DNA of 64,000 nt, taken from the IMG/VR virus record IMGVR_UViG_3300028914_000078, positions 3,752 to 67,751 of that record; one strand, 5' to 3'. Position numbers and translations under genes: made by a program. This document shows, one piece after another, positions 46,520 through 57,526 of this stretch. Source of the stretch: a virus. Taxonomy: Duplodnaviria; Caudoviricetes. Positions within the stretch are counted from its first letter, which is position 1. Each line of letters opens with the position of its first letter. The notes under the pieces were generated by a model. That model was not told the DNA's origin and did not search any database. It saw only the letters and a list, made by a program, of their open reading frames with translations.

Positions 46520-48393
46520 ACCCCCTCTGAACTGACATCCCCGAAGATGGCCTCATATTTGACGCCACCCTCTTTCCTCAGGATCTCGAGCATGTTATCT
46601 TCCTCAACAACACCGTCGAATATCCTCCTGTGTGTAGCCGCCTTGCGGTTCACTATCTCCATGAGCCTGTCGTCTATCGTGTTCGGACAGCACATGAACC
46701 AAATCTTGGCGGCGTTCCTCTGACCTATGCGGTGGATCCTGTCCTCTGACTGCAAGACCTCGGCACAAGTCCACGGGAACTCGGTGATGAGCACATCGCT
46801 GGCGGCTGTGAGAGTCAGACCGACTCCTGCCGCCTTGATGTTGCCCAAGAGCAGCTTCACCTTGGGGTTGTGCTGGAAAGCCTCAACAGCCTTGTCGCGC
46901 TCCCTCATGGAAGTGTCGCCGTCTATACGTACGGCTATGTCACCGAACTTGGACTGCAGGTCGTCGAGTGTCATCTTGTGTGTCGCGAACACCACCAATT
47001 TCCTACCTGAGGAGAGGAAGTCCTCGACCCAGCCGCCTATCTCCCGCCTCTTGCGGAGATATGCTATCTGCTTCTGCCACTCCAGCGTAGACAGATAGTT
47101 CTTGGCATGCGCAATCTGCCTCTCCATCTCAGTGATACGTGAGAAGGCTTCAGGGTCTTTCCTCAGGTCGGCGATGTCCGTAGCAATCGGCACCACAATA
47201 CGCATCTTCTCCGGCAGTTCCGTGAGCACGTCCTCTTTGAGTCTTCGGATACATATGCCGTCCTTTATTATATCATGGAGTACGTCCATGTTGGACGCCC
47301 CCTTGAAAGACCATTTCATGCCCTCTCTCTTCGGGTCGCAGAACCTCATGCCGAAATCCTGCTGGTCACGGAAAATCCTCGGTGCAATGCAGTGGAGGGC
47401 ATTGTACATCTGCATGGGACGTGATGTGAACGGAGTACCGCTTATGAACAGCGTGTCCTTGGCCTTGGACGCGATCTTCATGAAGGCGCGTGTCCTCTTG
47501 GCTGTGCTGTTCTGTATGTAATGGCACTCATCCGAGCAGATGAAGTCGAACTGGAGAGAGGCGAGGTAATGTGCCCAGTACGGAAGTATATCATAGTTTA
47601 TGATTGCAAACTTGGCGTTTACCTCAAATGGGGTGCTCCCTGTGAGTATCTGTATGTCCGACGGTTTAGCGTCAGTCCACATGAGGATCTCCTTCCTCCA
47701 GTTGAGCTTGAGTGTGGCAGGACAACAGATGAGTATCCTCTTGTACTTGTCCTTGTTGAGCATGAGGAACTGGAGTGTCATGCAGGTCTTGCCAAGCCCC
47801 TGCTCGTCAGCAAGAAGGCGGTAACCTGTCTGAAGCATGCGTACTCCGTCCACCTGATAGGGGAACAGACGCTTGTCCAATGCCGATGCCGGCACATCTG
47901 CTATGGTCTCCACCTTCTTGTAGCTCGTGTATATCCTGAACCCTATGGTCTTCAGGTAAGATATGGCCTCGAAATCCTTCGGGACGAACTCGAAACGCAA
48001 CTCGTTCCCGTCGCTGTACTCGTACTCGAGCGTGTGTGAGCCCTTTATCTTGGCGAACCTGCGTTTCCACTCGTTGCGTGAGCTGCCCTTGTTCCAATGA
48101 AGGAGAAGGATCTCTCCACCTACCTCTACCCCTATGTTGTTGTCCGTGTTGACACTTGTGCCCTCTACCGGGTACGGGAGCACGTTTCCTCTTAGGAGAT
48201 AGACCATAGGCGCGAGGGTGATGGCTGACGGACACTCGTATCCGTTTATGTAGTTGGTAAGGTTCTTGCGCACTATCTGAGCCTGCGACGCAGTGAACAG
48301 ACGGGGGGCTCCCTTCTCCATGCGCCGAATATGGGCAAGCAGATCAAGTGCGAGTGCCACAGCCATCATCATAAATCCATCTCCTTCAACCAC
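46516..48393 (-). CDS. SNF2/SWI2-family (HARP-like) helicase
   Basis: 'LFPYQVDGV', 'LADEQGLGKT', 'DECH', 'SGTP', 'RRLKEDVLTELP', 'GVGLTLTA', 'QSEDRIHRIGQ'. Confidence 0.92.
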   Translation of the reverse strand: MVEGDGFMMMAVALALDLLAHIRRMEKGAPRLFTASQAQIVRKNLTNYINGYECPSAITLAPMVYLLRGNVLPYPVEGTSVNTDNNIGVEVGGEILLLHWNKGSSRNEWKRRFAKIKGSHTLEYEYSDGNELRFEFVPKDFEAISYLKTIGFRIYTSYKKVETIADVPASALDKRLFPYQVDGVRMLQTGYRLLADEQGLGKTCMTLQFLMLNKDKYKRILICCPATLKLNWRKEILMWTDAKPSDIQILTGSTPFEVNAKFAIINYDILPYWAHYLASLQFDFICSDECHYIQNSTAKRTRAFMKIASKAKDTLFISGTPFTSRPMQMYNALHCIAPRIFRDQQDFGMRFCDPKREGMKWSFKGASNMDVLHDIIKDGICIRRLKEDVLTELPEKMRIVVPIATDIADLRKDPEAFSRITEMERQIAHAKNYLSTLEWQKQIAYLRKRREIGGWVEDFLSSGRKLVVFATHKMTLDDLQSKFGDIAVRIDGDTSMRERDKAVEAFQHNPKVKLLLGNIKAAGVGLTLTAASDVLITEFPWTCAEVLQSEDRIHRIGQRNAAKIWFMCCPNTIDDRLMEIVNRKAATHRRIFDGVVEEDNMLEILRKEGGVKYEAIFGDVSSEGV

Positions 48394-49583
48394 GCCCTGT
48401 GTGTCTTGCTGTCAGGGTAGAAATGCCCGTTACTGGGCGCCCTTCCGTCAGTGACGTCAAAGACGTATGACAGATAGGACTTCCAAAAATCCTCTGCGTA
48501 ATACACGCAGACCCAATGCTCATCGTATTTTACAGTCGCCTTATGCCACTTCGCAAGTGCGCGGGCTCCTTCGGCGAAATCATCCTTATACTTCAGCCAG
48601 TCATACATGCCGAGCTCATTGAGAGCCCACTCGCACATCTTCGGGAGCTTGACCTCGGCGGCGGGCTCTTCGGAAGCCGTGGCGGGTCTCTCCACAGTGA
48701 ACGAATCCTTATCAGCGTTCCTCATACTCCATATACGGAGCTTGAGTTTCCAGTTCTTCACAGGCTCCCCCTGCATCGTCTTCCATTCGGTGGTGTCATA
48801 CCACTTCACGAACTTGACCGGGTCGACGTTGCTGCCTATCGAGGCGCAGTATGCGGCTACCTCTTCAACCGTAGGCGGAATGAACTTGACCTTACGGGTG
48901 ACATTTCCATTAGCGGAAGATGAAGGATCATCAAATAATCCTTTTTGTGCAATAAAATCAATAGGTCGCCCTAATATAGTTTCTTTCTTTTCTTCGGTGT
49001 CTTTCTTCCCCTCTTCTTCTTCTTTATTCTTCTTTATAGACCTTTCTTCTTTTTCTTCTTCTTCTCCGCTTCTTTCTACCGCTTCTTTTCTTTCTTTGTA
49101 GCTTTCAAGGGGGTGGTTTTCTACCCCTTGAGAATCACCCCCTTGAGAAAGCATGTTCACGGTGAGTCCTGCCTCCGCTTCATGGAAGGCTATCTCCTGC
49201 TCCGCATCCATGTAAGGATGCTCGTAGACATAGTATTTATATACGAGCCTGCTGTTCCCGATCGTGCCGGGCATGAACTTGTGTGCGATGAAATAGTGGC
49301 CGTCCTTCAGCTCCTTGAGAGCGGACTCTATCGCCGTCTCACCCTCGGTGCAGATCCTGCACAGGTTCTTCACGGACGGCTTGAAGTTCTTCGGCAGAAC
49401 CATGAGCAAGGCAAGGAGCCCCTTTGCCTTCAGGGAGAGTCCGGCTCTGAGCAGGAAGTCGTTGCTCATGGCAACGTACTCGCTCTGCCTCATGACCCTT
49501 ATCTCGGTGTCGGTATCCAACGGGAACAGCTCGTCTTCAGTCACCGGCTCCACGCTTGACTTCAGTATCTCATCATACACCAT
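48369..49583 (-). CDS. Replication initiator-like protein (N-terminal wHTH, replisome-organiser-like C-terminal domain)
   Basis: 'MSNDFLLRAGLSLKAKGLLALLMVLP'; 'FIPPTVEEVAAYC...DPVKF..WY...W....PVKNWK'. Confidence 0.75.
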   Translation of the reverse strand: MVYDEILKSSVEPVTEDELFPLDTDTEIRVMRQSEYVAMSNDFLLRAGLSLKAKGLLALLMVLPKNFKPSVKNLCRICTEGETAIESALKELKDGHYFIAHKFMPGTIGNSRLVYKYYVYEHPYMDAEQEIAFHEAEAGLTVNMLSQGGDSQGVENHPLESYKERKEAVERSGEEEEKEERSIKKNKEEEEGKKDTEEKKETILGRPIDFIAQKGLFDDPSSSANGNVTRKVKFIPPTVEEVAAYCASIGSNVDPVKFVKWYDTTEWKTMQGEPVKNWKLKLRIWSMRNADKDSFTVERPATASEEPAAEVKLPKMCEWALNELGMYDWLKYKDDFAEGARALAKWHKATVKYDEHWVCVYYAEDFWKSYLSYVFDVTDGRAPSNGHFYPDSKTHRAWLKEMDL

Positions 49584-49608
49584 ATCGACTCCTATATAAA
49601 AAACGAAA

Positions 49609-49709
49609 CCCTAATCTCTAAAGGTACTTCCGCAAAAGACCTAGCGGTTGTAATCTCCGCATCGGTAAAGTACCCCTAGAGACTAGGGCTCCGTTCCTCA
49701 AGTTTGCGG
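49609..49709 (-). ncRNA. Structured RNA leader candidate upstream of the initiator-like gene
   Basis: 21-bp arms 49609-49629/49668-49688 with three G-U pairs on the minus strand, inner GCGG/CCGC hairpin, alternative CCGCAAA/TTTGCGG pairing. Confidence 0.55.
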
Positions 49710-49797
49710 CTCTGTTAGAACACTTATATGTTACCACTACTCCTCAAAGAAGTAAAGCCCCCGCCGCACAGGCTAAACGGGGGCTAGGCACATTCAT

Positions 49798-52700
49798 CTA
49801 TCTCATTTCCGCCTTTGTGGCGGTCATGGTCATATCGCTGTCACAGCACTTGACCGTCAGCTTGGCCTCTATCAGCTCCATGCCTTTTACGAGGTCGGAC
49901 ACAGGCCAGTGTGCGAAGTCGCCATACTGTGCAGTGTTCATGAAGTTGTGTTGGCACAGACGGAAGAGCCTGCACGCTCTCGGGCAGTCATCGAACCTGT
50001 AGCAATAGTGCATCAGGGACAGTGTACCGGCTGCCCGTAACATGTCGTCATCGACCTTGAGTTGTGTGCTCTTCCGTTTCCTTCCCATAACTTCGCCTCC
50101 AGTCATCCAAATGATAGCATATCATCCTTCACGGAATCCATAGTCTCTGCAGGTGGCAGCCACGAGCTGCTGAAGCGGCGTATGGTACCTCCTGCACTCG
50201 CCGTACTTGTTCCTCCATTTGCACGAGGCACAGGTGAAGAGTTCCGTCACAATTTCCTCCCTGACGCGCGAGGATGGCCTGTGGCGGCGTTTCATCCTGT
50301 AGCCTCCTCTACATATGTCTCGGCCTCCTCCAATGCGTTCACGGCATTGTCTAGCGCGTCTACGGCCTCTGACATGGACTCACCTCTGTCGGATTCCTGC
50401 AGACCTTCGGGAAGATTGTCGTAGCACTCCTCTTCCTCGTCCTTGCACTCCTCGATGATCTCTTTCGCCTGCCCTATCAGCTCAAGGGCCTTGTCGAGTC
50501 TGTCTCTTCTCTTTCTGTTCATTCCACCTCCTCAGTCAATGCATACCTTATAATACTCGTCACTTCCGGGAACATTCCTGTAAAGGCACAGGTAATTGCC
50601 TCCCCTGTTGCACCCGACGTACAGTGTCTTCAGCTTGCGTAAAGGCATGGCGCATATGACCTCATCAGGCACTATCAACGTGTTCCCGTCCAGCACGTTT
50701 ACCTTTATGAGGTTTATGATGCATAGCCACCTGTCACTGATTGACACCTCAAACTTCTCGGAGCGGAACACGGTCACTCCATACTGTCTTTCGGATTCTC
50801 TCCATCCGTCCCTTGTGGTGTACTCACGCAGTAGCTGTACGGCACGTTCTTTCCTCATCCCTCTAGGTCTCCTTTCTTCATGCTCTCGACACAGCCCTTG
50901 ATGAACTTCACCTCTGATGCGAAGTATTTCCCGAGCGTTGTGATGTCAAACACCGTGAACGTACATGTGGAGTAATCGTAGACGAGGATGTAGTCATGCC
51001 CCGTCACGAACGTGTCGCAGTTGTAGAACCGCATGTCGTCCACCCCGTGCCTCTCTCCATCCATGTGATCAGCCACCATATCGCTCAGGTGGTGTATGTC
51101 ATCTGTGTTCTTCGGCGAGTATATGAACTGCACCGCATCACTCGCTGTGATGTCAGCAAGCAGCGTGAAATTCACTACTGTCTCCATGAAAACCTTATTG
51201 CTCATGTTTTTCCTCCTTGAGCTTCATAACCTCGACGACCCTTATCCTACGGCCCTTCCAGTCGCCTTCCATATATTCCTCGTGAGCGGTGTGCCGGGCC
51301 TCGCTGGCGTTCTCCGCTTCGACTTCAGTAACATACAGGTCAGACACCTCCACCACACACTTAAAACGGCAGGACATCCTCATCGTCCTCATTGAAGTCT
51401 TTCATGCTGTTCGCAATGAACTCGAGCTCGCACCTGAAGCGCTGCCTCAAGTTCTTGACATCAGTGATGATCACATTGTTGTGGTGGCAGACCATGACAT
51501 ACACATTATCCTCGGCGAGCTCATAGCCATTCACCCAAATGGTCGGGTAGTTCCCGAATATGGTGTGGATTATCTCTTTCCAGTCCGCTTTCGGCTTGAA
51601 CATATATGCCCTGCAGTTCGTGCCGGTCATGAACAGCGCCATACTCTCAGGGAATCCGTAGAACTTCTTGGTCATGGAATCGAACAGATCCAGTTTGTCC
51701 TCATAATCCACACATCCCTGCTCTGTGTCGAACTCCTTCCCGTCTCTAGCCACATAGACCTTGTACGGCATCATCGTCATACGTCTGCCAGTTTCAACTC
51801 TCATCTGTCGTCCTCCTCTCTCAGTGGTTTGCGGCTTACGCCAAAGCGTTTCAGTGTCGCCACGACTCTCGGATCATCCTCCATAGGAACCTTGGTGTCC
51901 TCAGGAGGGAACTTCGGTCGTCCCTCATCTCTCCATGCCCTTACACGGCGTTCGTTCTGCTCCCCCATCTCCCGCTTGCATGTCTCAAGGCTGTCGTCGC
52001 TCATGTCTGAGCCCTCGAGCATATGTTCGTCGTTCTTGAAGTGGGAGCAGGCAGGACAGTTCACCGCCTCATACAGGTCATCCTTGACTCCGCACAGGCA
52101 GAACGCCCCGAACTCCCCGTAATAGGCATACATACAGTCGCTGCAGTGGTCTCCGAAGATGTGGTACAGAAGTAACTGGTTCGGGTGGCTCAATGGACAA
52201 CGCCATTCAAGCTTGTCCGCGTTGAAGTCAAGGTTGTTCTTCCACTCGTACCAAAACGGACACCACTCCCCGAGATACTCATAATCATTCATCGTCGGCA
52301 TGGCCTTCAGCCATCTCTTCATGTCGGGCTCTACCCTGACTCCCGCATACACATAGAAAGCTAGAAGAAATGCCTTGCCCTGCACTATACGTGCCAGTGC
52401 GGCTTTGGCCTCATCGGGGTTCTTCATGGCCTTGGCTGTAGCCAGCACTCTCTCGTTGACCATGATGTTCCTCATGATCAAGTCCTCGATTTCCACAAGA
52501 CCCACGCCCCTCGACGTCCCGTCCTCCACAAATGTACCTCTCATGTCAATCCTCCATCATTGTGCGGTTGGCTTCGGCTTCCTCAATCTCTGCGTCGGTC
52601 AGCTCCGTCCGTGTCTTCTTCTTTGCGAACAGGAGCCAACCCACATACAGGAGCCACGACATCGGGAACGAGAACAGGACGGCGAACGTGAGCAGCCAAC

Positions 52701-53505
52701 CGAGGCGGAACGCCACCGAAACCATGACTAGGATGGTGTGAATCCAAACCGACCAAAGCATGAATCCGACAGGTGTGTAGTTCTTGCTTGTCAGCCACTT
52801 GCACCATATCGCTGCCTTATAAAGTTTTCTCGACATCTTGCCTCCTTCTCAGACTACTCGTCGAGACCTTCCTGATACAACTCCTGAGAGTAGTATTCCT
52901 CTCCGTTCGGATTGAAGTGGTAGAGCGTCAGCTTTACCTTCCTCTTCAGGCATGCGTTTATCACAGCCACGAGAGGATACTGGACTCCTGTAACGTAGAG
53001 GTCGATGTCCAATCCGTCCAGCTTGCACTGGCAGGCATATCTGTCAGCCTGACTGTCGATGGCGTCCAAATCCGTGAAATCCACGGCGGAGGGATAGATT
53101 GCCTCAATGACGCCGGGAATCGAGTGCCTTGACTTGCACAGCGCAAGTCTCTTTACTTTACCTTTGCTTTCTGTCATTCCTTTATTTACTCCTTTATAAT
53201 GACTGCCTTGTAGCGAACCGCTGGACTATCATGAAGTCCTCGGGATTCATCCTATGGTAGGCACAATATTTCCTCAACCACTCCTGTGCCTCCGAGAGTG
53301 GCAGACGTTCGGGGTTCTTCAGCACCATGTGCGTTATGTAGTCCGCCATAGGGGCGCACTGCATCTTGTACCCGTTCCTCGCATTGAGGACACAGTACCA
53401 CACCGTGCTGTCGTCGTTTCCCCACGGCTCGTACTCCAGCAGGATCATCCCCCGCTGGTTCTTCCTTATGCGGACATTGACTCTTCCGTAGTCAGTGCAT
53501 CTCAT
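49798..53505 (-). CDS. Cluster of small early-type hypothetical genes (49798-50106, 50292-50522, 50532-50858, 50855-51205, 51195-51392, 51361-51804, 51801-52544, 52546-52836, 52854-53177, 53194-53505)
   Basis: Tight head-to-tail minus-strand ORFs with GGAGG-type RBS; 50292-50522 is a highly acidic helical protein; 52546-52836 has TM segments. Confidence 0.6.
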
Positions 53506-53514
53506 ACCGCCTCC

Positions 53515-53790
53515 TCACATGACCGACATGCGTCTCATGTTCGCCTTGACCCTGCCTGCGAGCCTCTCGTCAGTGAGGAGAGCCGTGAACGTGACACCCA
53601 AGACTTCCGCTACGGACACGAGGATGTCAAGGGACGCCGTGTTTATGTTCCTCGTCCCGCACCCGAGCTTCTGAAGTGTGCTCACGCTCACTCCCGACAA
53701 CTCGGACAGGCGCTCGTATGTCATCCCCTTCTCCCCTACCATGATTCCGAGGCGGGACAACCTATTCCTCTTTCTTTTCTTCTCCTCCAT
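53515..53790 (-). CDS. XRE-family HTH transcriptional regulator
   Basis: 'GMTYERLSELSGVSVSTLQKL..G.RNINTASLDILVSVAEVLGV'. Confidence 0.85.
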   Translation of the reverse strand: MEEKKRKRNRLSRLGIMVGEKGMTYERLSELSGVSVSTLQKLGCGTRNINTASLDILVSVAEVLGVTFTALLTDERLAGRVKANMRRMSVM

Positions 53791-54187
53791 TTCCAGTCCT
53801 CCTGTGTGCTTCCTGCCAAGCATCGGAGAGGTGCTTGTACAGATAGAGTTCCTTGTAGGACAGACCGCACCTGAGAAGCCATTCGTCGTCGTCCCTCGGG
53901 TCATCGAGGTTTTTGGCCTCTTCCAAGAACATCTCAACGAGCTCCTCGTGCCTGCCCTCACGTTCTTCGAATATGAACGCGACCATCTCCTCACCGAGTG
54001 CTGCCATCGCATCCATCACCAAATCCTCATTGTCCTTGGGACACATCTTGCCCGGTATGACCATGACGTAGCCTTCACGCTTCTTGCTGAAAGCCTCTTC
54101 CATGTCGGCCACCGAGATGAGCCCAGCCGTCTTCTTCAGGTTTTCGATCGTCCCCTCGATCTTTTCCATGATGTGTTTGTACTTCAT
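53762..54187 (-). CDS. Hypothetical acidic protein co-transcribed with the XRE gene
   Basis: GGAGG RBS before MKYKH; overlaps the XRE start. Confidence 0.6.
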   Translation of the reverse strand: MKYKHIMEKIEGTIENLKKTAGLISVADMEEAFSKKREGYVMVIPGKMCPKDNEDLVMDAMAALGEEMVAFIFEEREGRHEELVEMFLEEAKNLDDPRDDDEWLLRCGLSYKELYLYKHLSDAWQEAHRRTGNGGEEKKEE

Positions 54188-54218
54188 TTTGCCTCCGTAA
54201 GTACCAAAACCTATTGAT

Positions 54219-54247
54219 ATTGTATCACTAAAGTGAAATCTTGTCAA
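54219..54247 (-). promoter_or_regulatory. Near-consensus sigma70 promoter with a palindromic operator in the spacer
   Basis: Minus strand TTGACA-17 nt-TACAAT; TCACT-AA-AGTGA at 54225-54236. Confidence 0.75.
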
Positions 54248-54393
54248 GCCCTATGTTTCCAAATAGGAAATATCCTATCCCACAAGGGTGCCAATCAACG
54301 GCTTACCCCTCCCAAACACTGTGTCTGAAGAGGGGTATCTATTGATTCATCAATACCAAAAAATATACACAGTTTTTGTATATATTGCCTTTT

Positions 54394-56379
54394 TCAGACA
54401 GACTCCTCGGGAGCGTCGTTGGGCCAGTGTATCTCGATGCTTTTCGTGTACACCTCAAGTACCCTCGAGGGCAGTCCTTTCGCTCCGGCGAAGCGGGTCG
54501 CCATGTTGTACATCGGGTCGCCGAAGTCACATGCCACAACGGAGCACACGACTCCGAACCTGTCCCCCTTTACGGTCTCGACTCTCACGATGTCCTCCTC
54601 GTTGAGCGAGAGCTGTGCGGGGCTGCGGAACAAGAGGTGCTTCTGTGACACCTCATTCAGAAGTTCAACTTCCACTAACTTCATTGTCATCGTGACTGTC
54701 CTCCTCTGCATCAAACACTGCAAGTGCTTTCAGCATACCTCTCTCTACCCTCTCTTTGCCATAGATGGTGACATACCCGCTGTCGGTTTCTATGATGATG
54801 TAACTCTTGCCGGGAACCACATCAGCCACAGCCACGTTCCAGCACGCGTCATAATACTTGCCTGCGGGGTCAGCGAAGTATCCGTCGTGATCCTTGACCC
54901 ACATGCAGATCGTGTTGACCTCGTCCATGTTCTTCGGTGAGACCAAGTAGTATGTGGCTGTCCTGCATCCTGAATCCATGAAGTTGTCGATGTGGTTGTA
55001 TGCATCTCCGTGCAGTTTCTTTGCCAGCGGCTGGAACCTCATGTTCAGCAGGCATGCGAGAGAGTCCTCATAAATCTTGCATAACTCTTCCTTTGTGAAC
55101 TCCGTGCCGTCATTGGCGACATAGACTGTGTACTCTGTTGTTGTGGTTCTTTCCTTCTTAATTGCTTTCATGTGTTTGCTCCTTTTCTTTTGTTTCTTGC
55201 TTCTTCCATGCTTACAACGTAAGTCATTTCTTCGTATGCTCTTGCATACAGACGCAGTGCGTCAGCCGCTGCGGAGTACAGGCCGCATGCATCCATTACG
55301 GACACAAGCTCCTTCAGACTCCCGTATGTGTAAGAGCAGGTCTCTCCTCTGTACATAACGGTGGTTCCGTCCACGTACAGCTTCACCATGATTTTCTTTT
55401 TGTCCAGTCCCGTACCGGGGAACTCCGCCAGCACGAAGCAGTTGTTTCGTCCGTCTATTGTGACGGGTTCGACTTCCCCCGACTCCCTCGCTATGGTGTA
55501 GAGCTCCCTTCCGATTATCGGAACCAGCTTCTGTACCGTCTTCGTCCAGTACACCTGTTCCTCCTTGGCTATCTGACCGCGTTGATGTCCAAGCGGTCAG
55601 AGATTGAGTAGTCGATGTCGCTGATGTCGAGAACATCATCGACCTGTATGTTGTAATTCGATATCACATATATTTTTACGGGTTTGTCTTTGTTCGGTTC
55701 CTTCTCAAGGGCCTTGATGAGCTCACCTACTGTCATGATGCATCCCCTCAAAACAGCTCGATCGCTGGGAGCTTGTTCATCCCGTCCCTGCTCCTGACGA
55801 TTATCTTCTTCTCGTCGTCCTCATAGTAGGGACATTCGTGAATCAGCACCGGCTCTGCCTTCGGTGTCTCCGCATCATACGGAATGAGCCCGTACAGCAC
55901 CAACCCGCTCGAAGTGATGTACAGAACCTCATCGTACTCTCCGCCTTCCGTGTCCTCACGGATAACGCACACGCCATTCAACCCTTCTGCGAGGGCGATA
56001 GTCGGGTACCCGTTCTTCACCAGCAACTCATACAACTCCCGCAGAGGAGCCCTCTTCCGATGTGCTACTCGTGGAATCATTACTCCGTCATAGAACTTGG
56101 CAGATTTGTATATTTCTCTTTGCGGCATAACTTTACCTCCTATATGTCGTAGCCGTGCTTTGCGAGAATGAGGCGTTCCTTCGCCTCATCATACGGGTCG
56201 GGAGGCCCGGGCGGGAACTCATCAACGGCATCCATGATGCCGTCCCACACGGCATCCTCGATAAGGTCGTACATCACCTTGTCGAACATGTCGTCGTCCT
56301 TCATCCCCATGAACTCCTCCTCGTGGTCGGAGACATAACCCTTGACGATTGCCTTGATTTCATCAGCCCTTGTTGCCAT
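54394..56379 (-). CDS. Cluster of small hypothetical genes (54394-~54690, 54665-55171, 55168-55554, 55569-55740, 55748-56128, 56140-56379)
   Basis: Contiguous minus-strand ORFs with overlapping stops/starts. Confidence 0.55.
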
Positions 56380-57508
56380 TCACAACCTCCTTGGCATTGT
56401 CCTCGTCTTCGACATCATCCTCTATGTCGTAGAGATCCTCTGTCGTGTCGTCGACCCAGCTCTTTGATATGTAGATGCACAGGTCATCCTCGGGGACGAG
56501 CTCATCATTCTCATCGAAGCTCCACACCGTCTCCCCGTCGTCCGTGTAGAGATAGCTGTCATTGACCATCTCTATGGGGTTTCCGTCAAGGTCGTAGACA
56601 TCTCCCCACAGGTCACATCTAGACATCCCCTCATACTCGGCGATTTCGTCCCTCATCTCCGTCCTTTCCTGAAATTCCCTCTCCTCTGCGCTAAGAATCT
56701 GAGGGAGATTCTTCGGGAGTCCCGGCTCTTCTTCTTTTTTGACTGTGACGGTTGGGACTGAGTTGCGGTACGGATAGTAGTCGTTGGTGTAGTAGTTGTC
56801 ATACCAATCATCCTCGTCGTCGTACCACCCGCCGAGGATTCTTCCGTGTGTGTAGGAGGTGTCCTCCTTCTTCTTGCTGGATTTGCTTGAGTAGTAGCCT
56901 GCGCCGCTTCTGTAGTTCCAGCTTGTGCCCCACCAGTCCTTCCAGTGGCTGTTGCTGTACAGGATGCCGTCCTTGTACTCCCACTCTCCGCTCGTGGCGT
57001 AGTTGCCGCGTCCGTCAAGGAGCAGGATTCTGTTGTTCGTCTCCGTCTCATCGCGGATGATCTCCAACTCTTCCTTGTCAGGAAGTCTAGCCCCGTTGAA
57101 CATGTCGAACAGCCTCTTGGCATATGCCGACGAGTCGCTGTCCTTGCTCTTGTCATAGTGCTCATCCTTCTCCATGAATGACATGATGCCGTTGTGCATC
57201 AGCATGCATGCGCTGTCTCCGCTTGACTTGTACAGTGCCTTGCTCGCTGTAAGCGGGAACGGATGGCAGAGCTTCGAGCTCACGGCTCCGTGTGTCTTTA
57301 TCCTGCAGTGCATGGCTGCCACGATTCCCTTCGGGAGCGCATGCCACGCCTTCAGCAGGTCCTCTACCTTGAAGAATCCCTTCACCCAGTGAACTCTTCC
57401 GTCCTGTGCCCACATGATGCCCGCTCCGTCGGGGTTGCCCGAGAACATGGTGCGGATAGTGTCGTCTTTGAGCTGTGCTCCTCTAGTCTGTAAAGCTATG
57501 ATACACAT
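56363..57508 (-). CDS. Class II (Ntn) glutamine amidotransferase with acidic Tyr-rich tail
   Basis: Cys2 'MCII', 'NPDGAG', 'HCRIKTHG', 'CHPF', 'MHNG', 'DSDS'-like 'DSDSS'. Confidence 0.88.
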   Translation of the reverse strand: MCIIALQTRGAQLKDDTIRTMFSGNPDGAGIMWAQDGRVHWVKGFFKVEDLLKAWHALPKGIVAAMHCRIKTHGAVSSKLCHPFPLTASKALYKSSGDSACMLMHNGIMSFMEKDEHYDKSKDSDSSAYAKRLFDMFNGARLPDKEELEIIRDETETNNRILLLDGRGNYATSGEWEYKDGILYSNSHWKDWWGTSWNYRSGAGYYSSKSSKKKEDTSYTHGRILGGWYDDEDDWYDNYYTNDYYPYRNSVPTVTVKKEEEPGLPKNLPQILSAEEREFQERTEMRDEIAEYEGMSRCDLWGDVYDLDGNPIEMVNDSYLYTDDGETVWSFDENDELVPEDDLCIYISKSWVDDTTEDLYDIEDDVEDEDNAKEVVNGNKG

Positions 57509-57526
57509 CTACTTATCCCCCTTACC

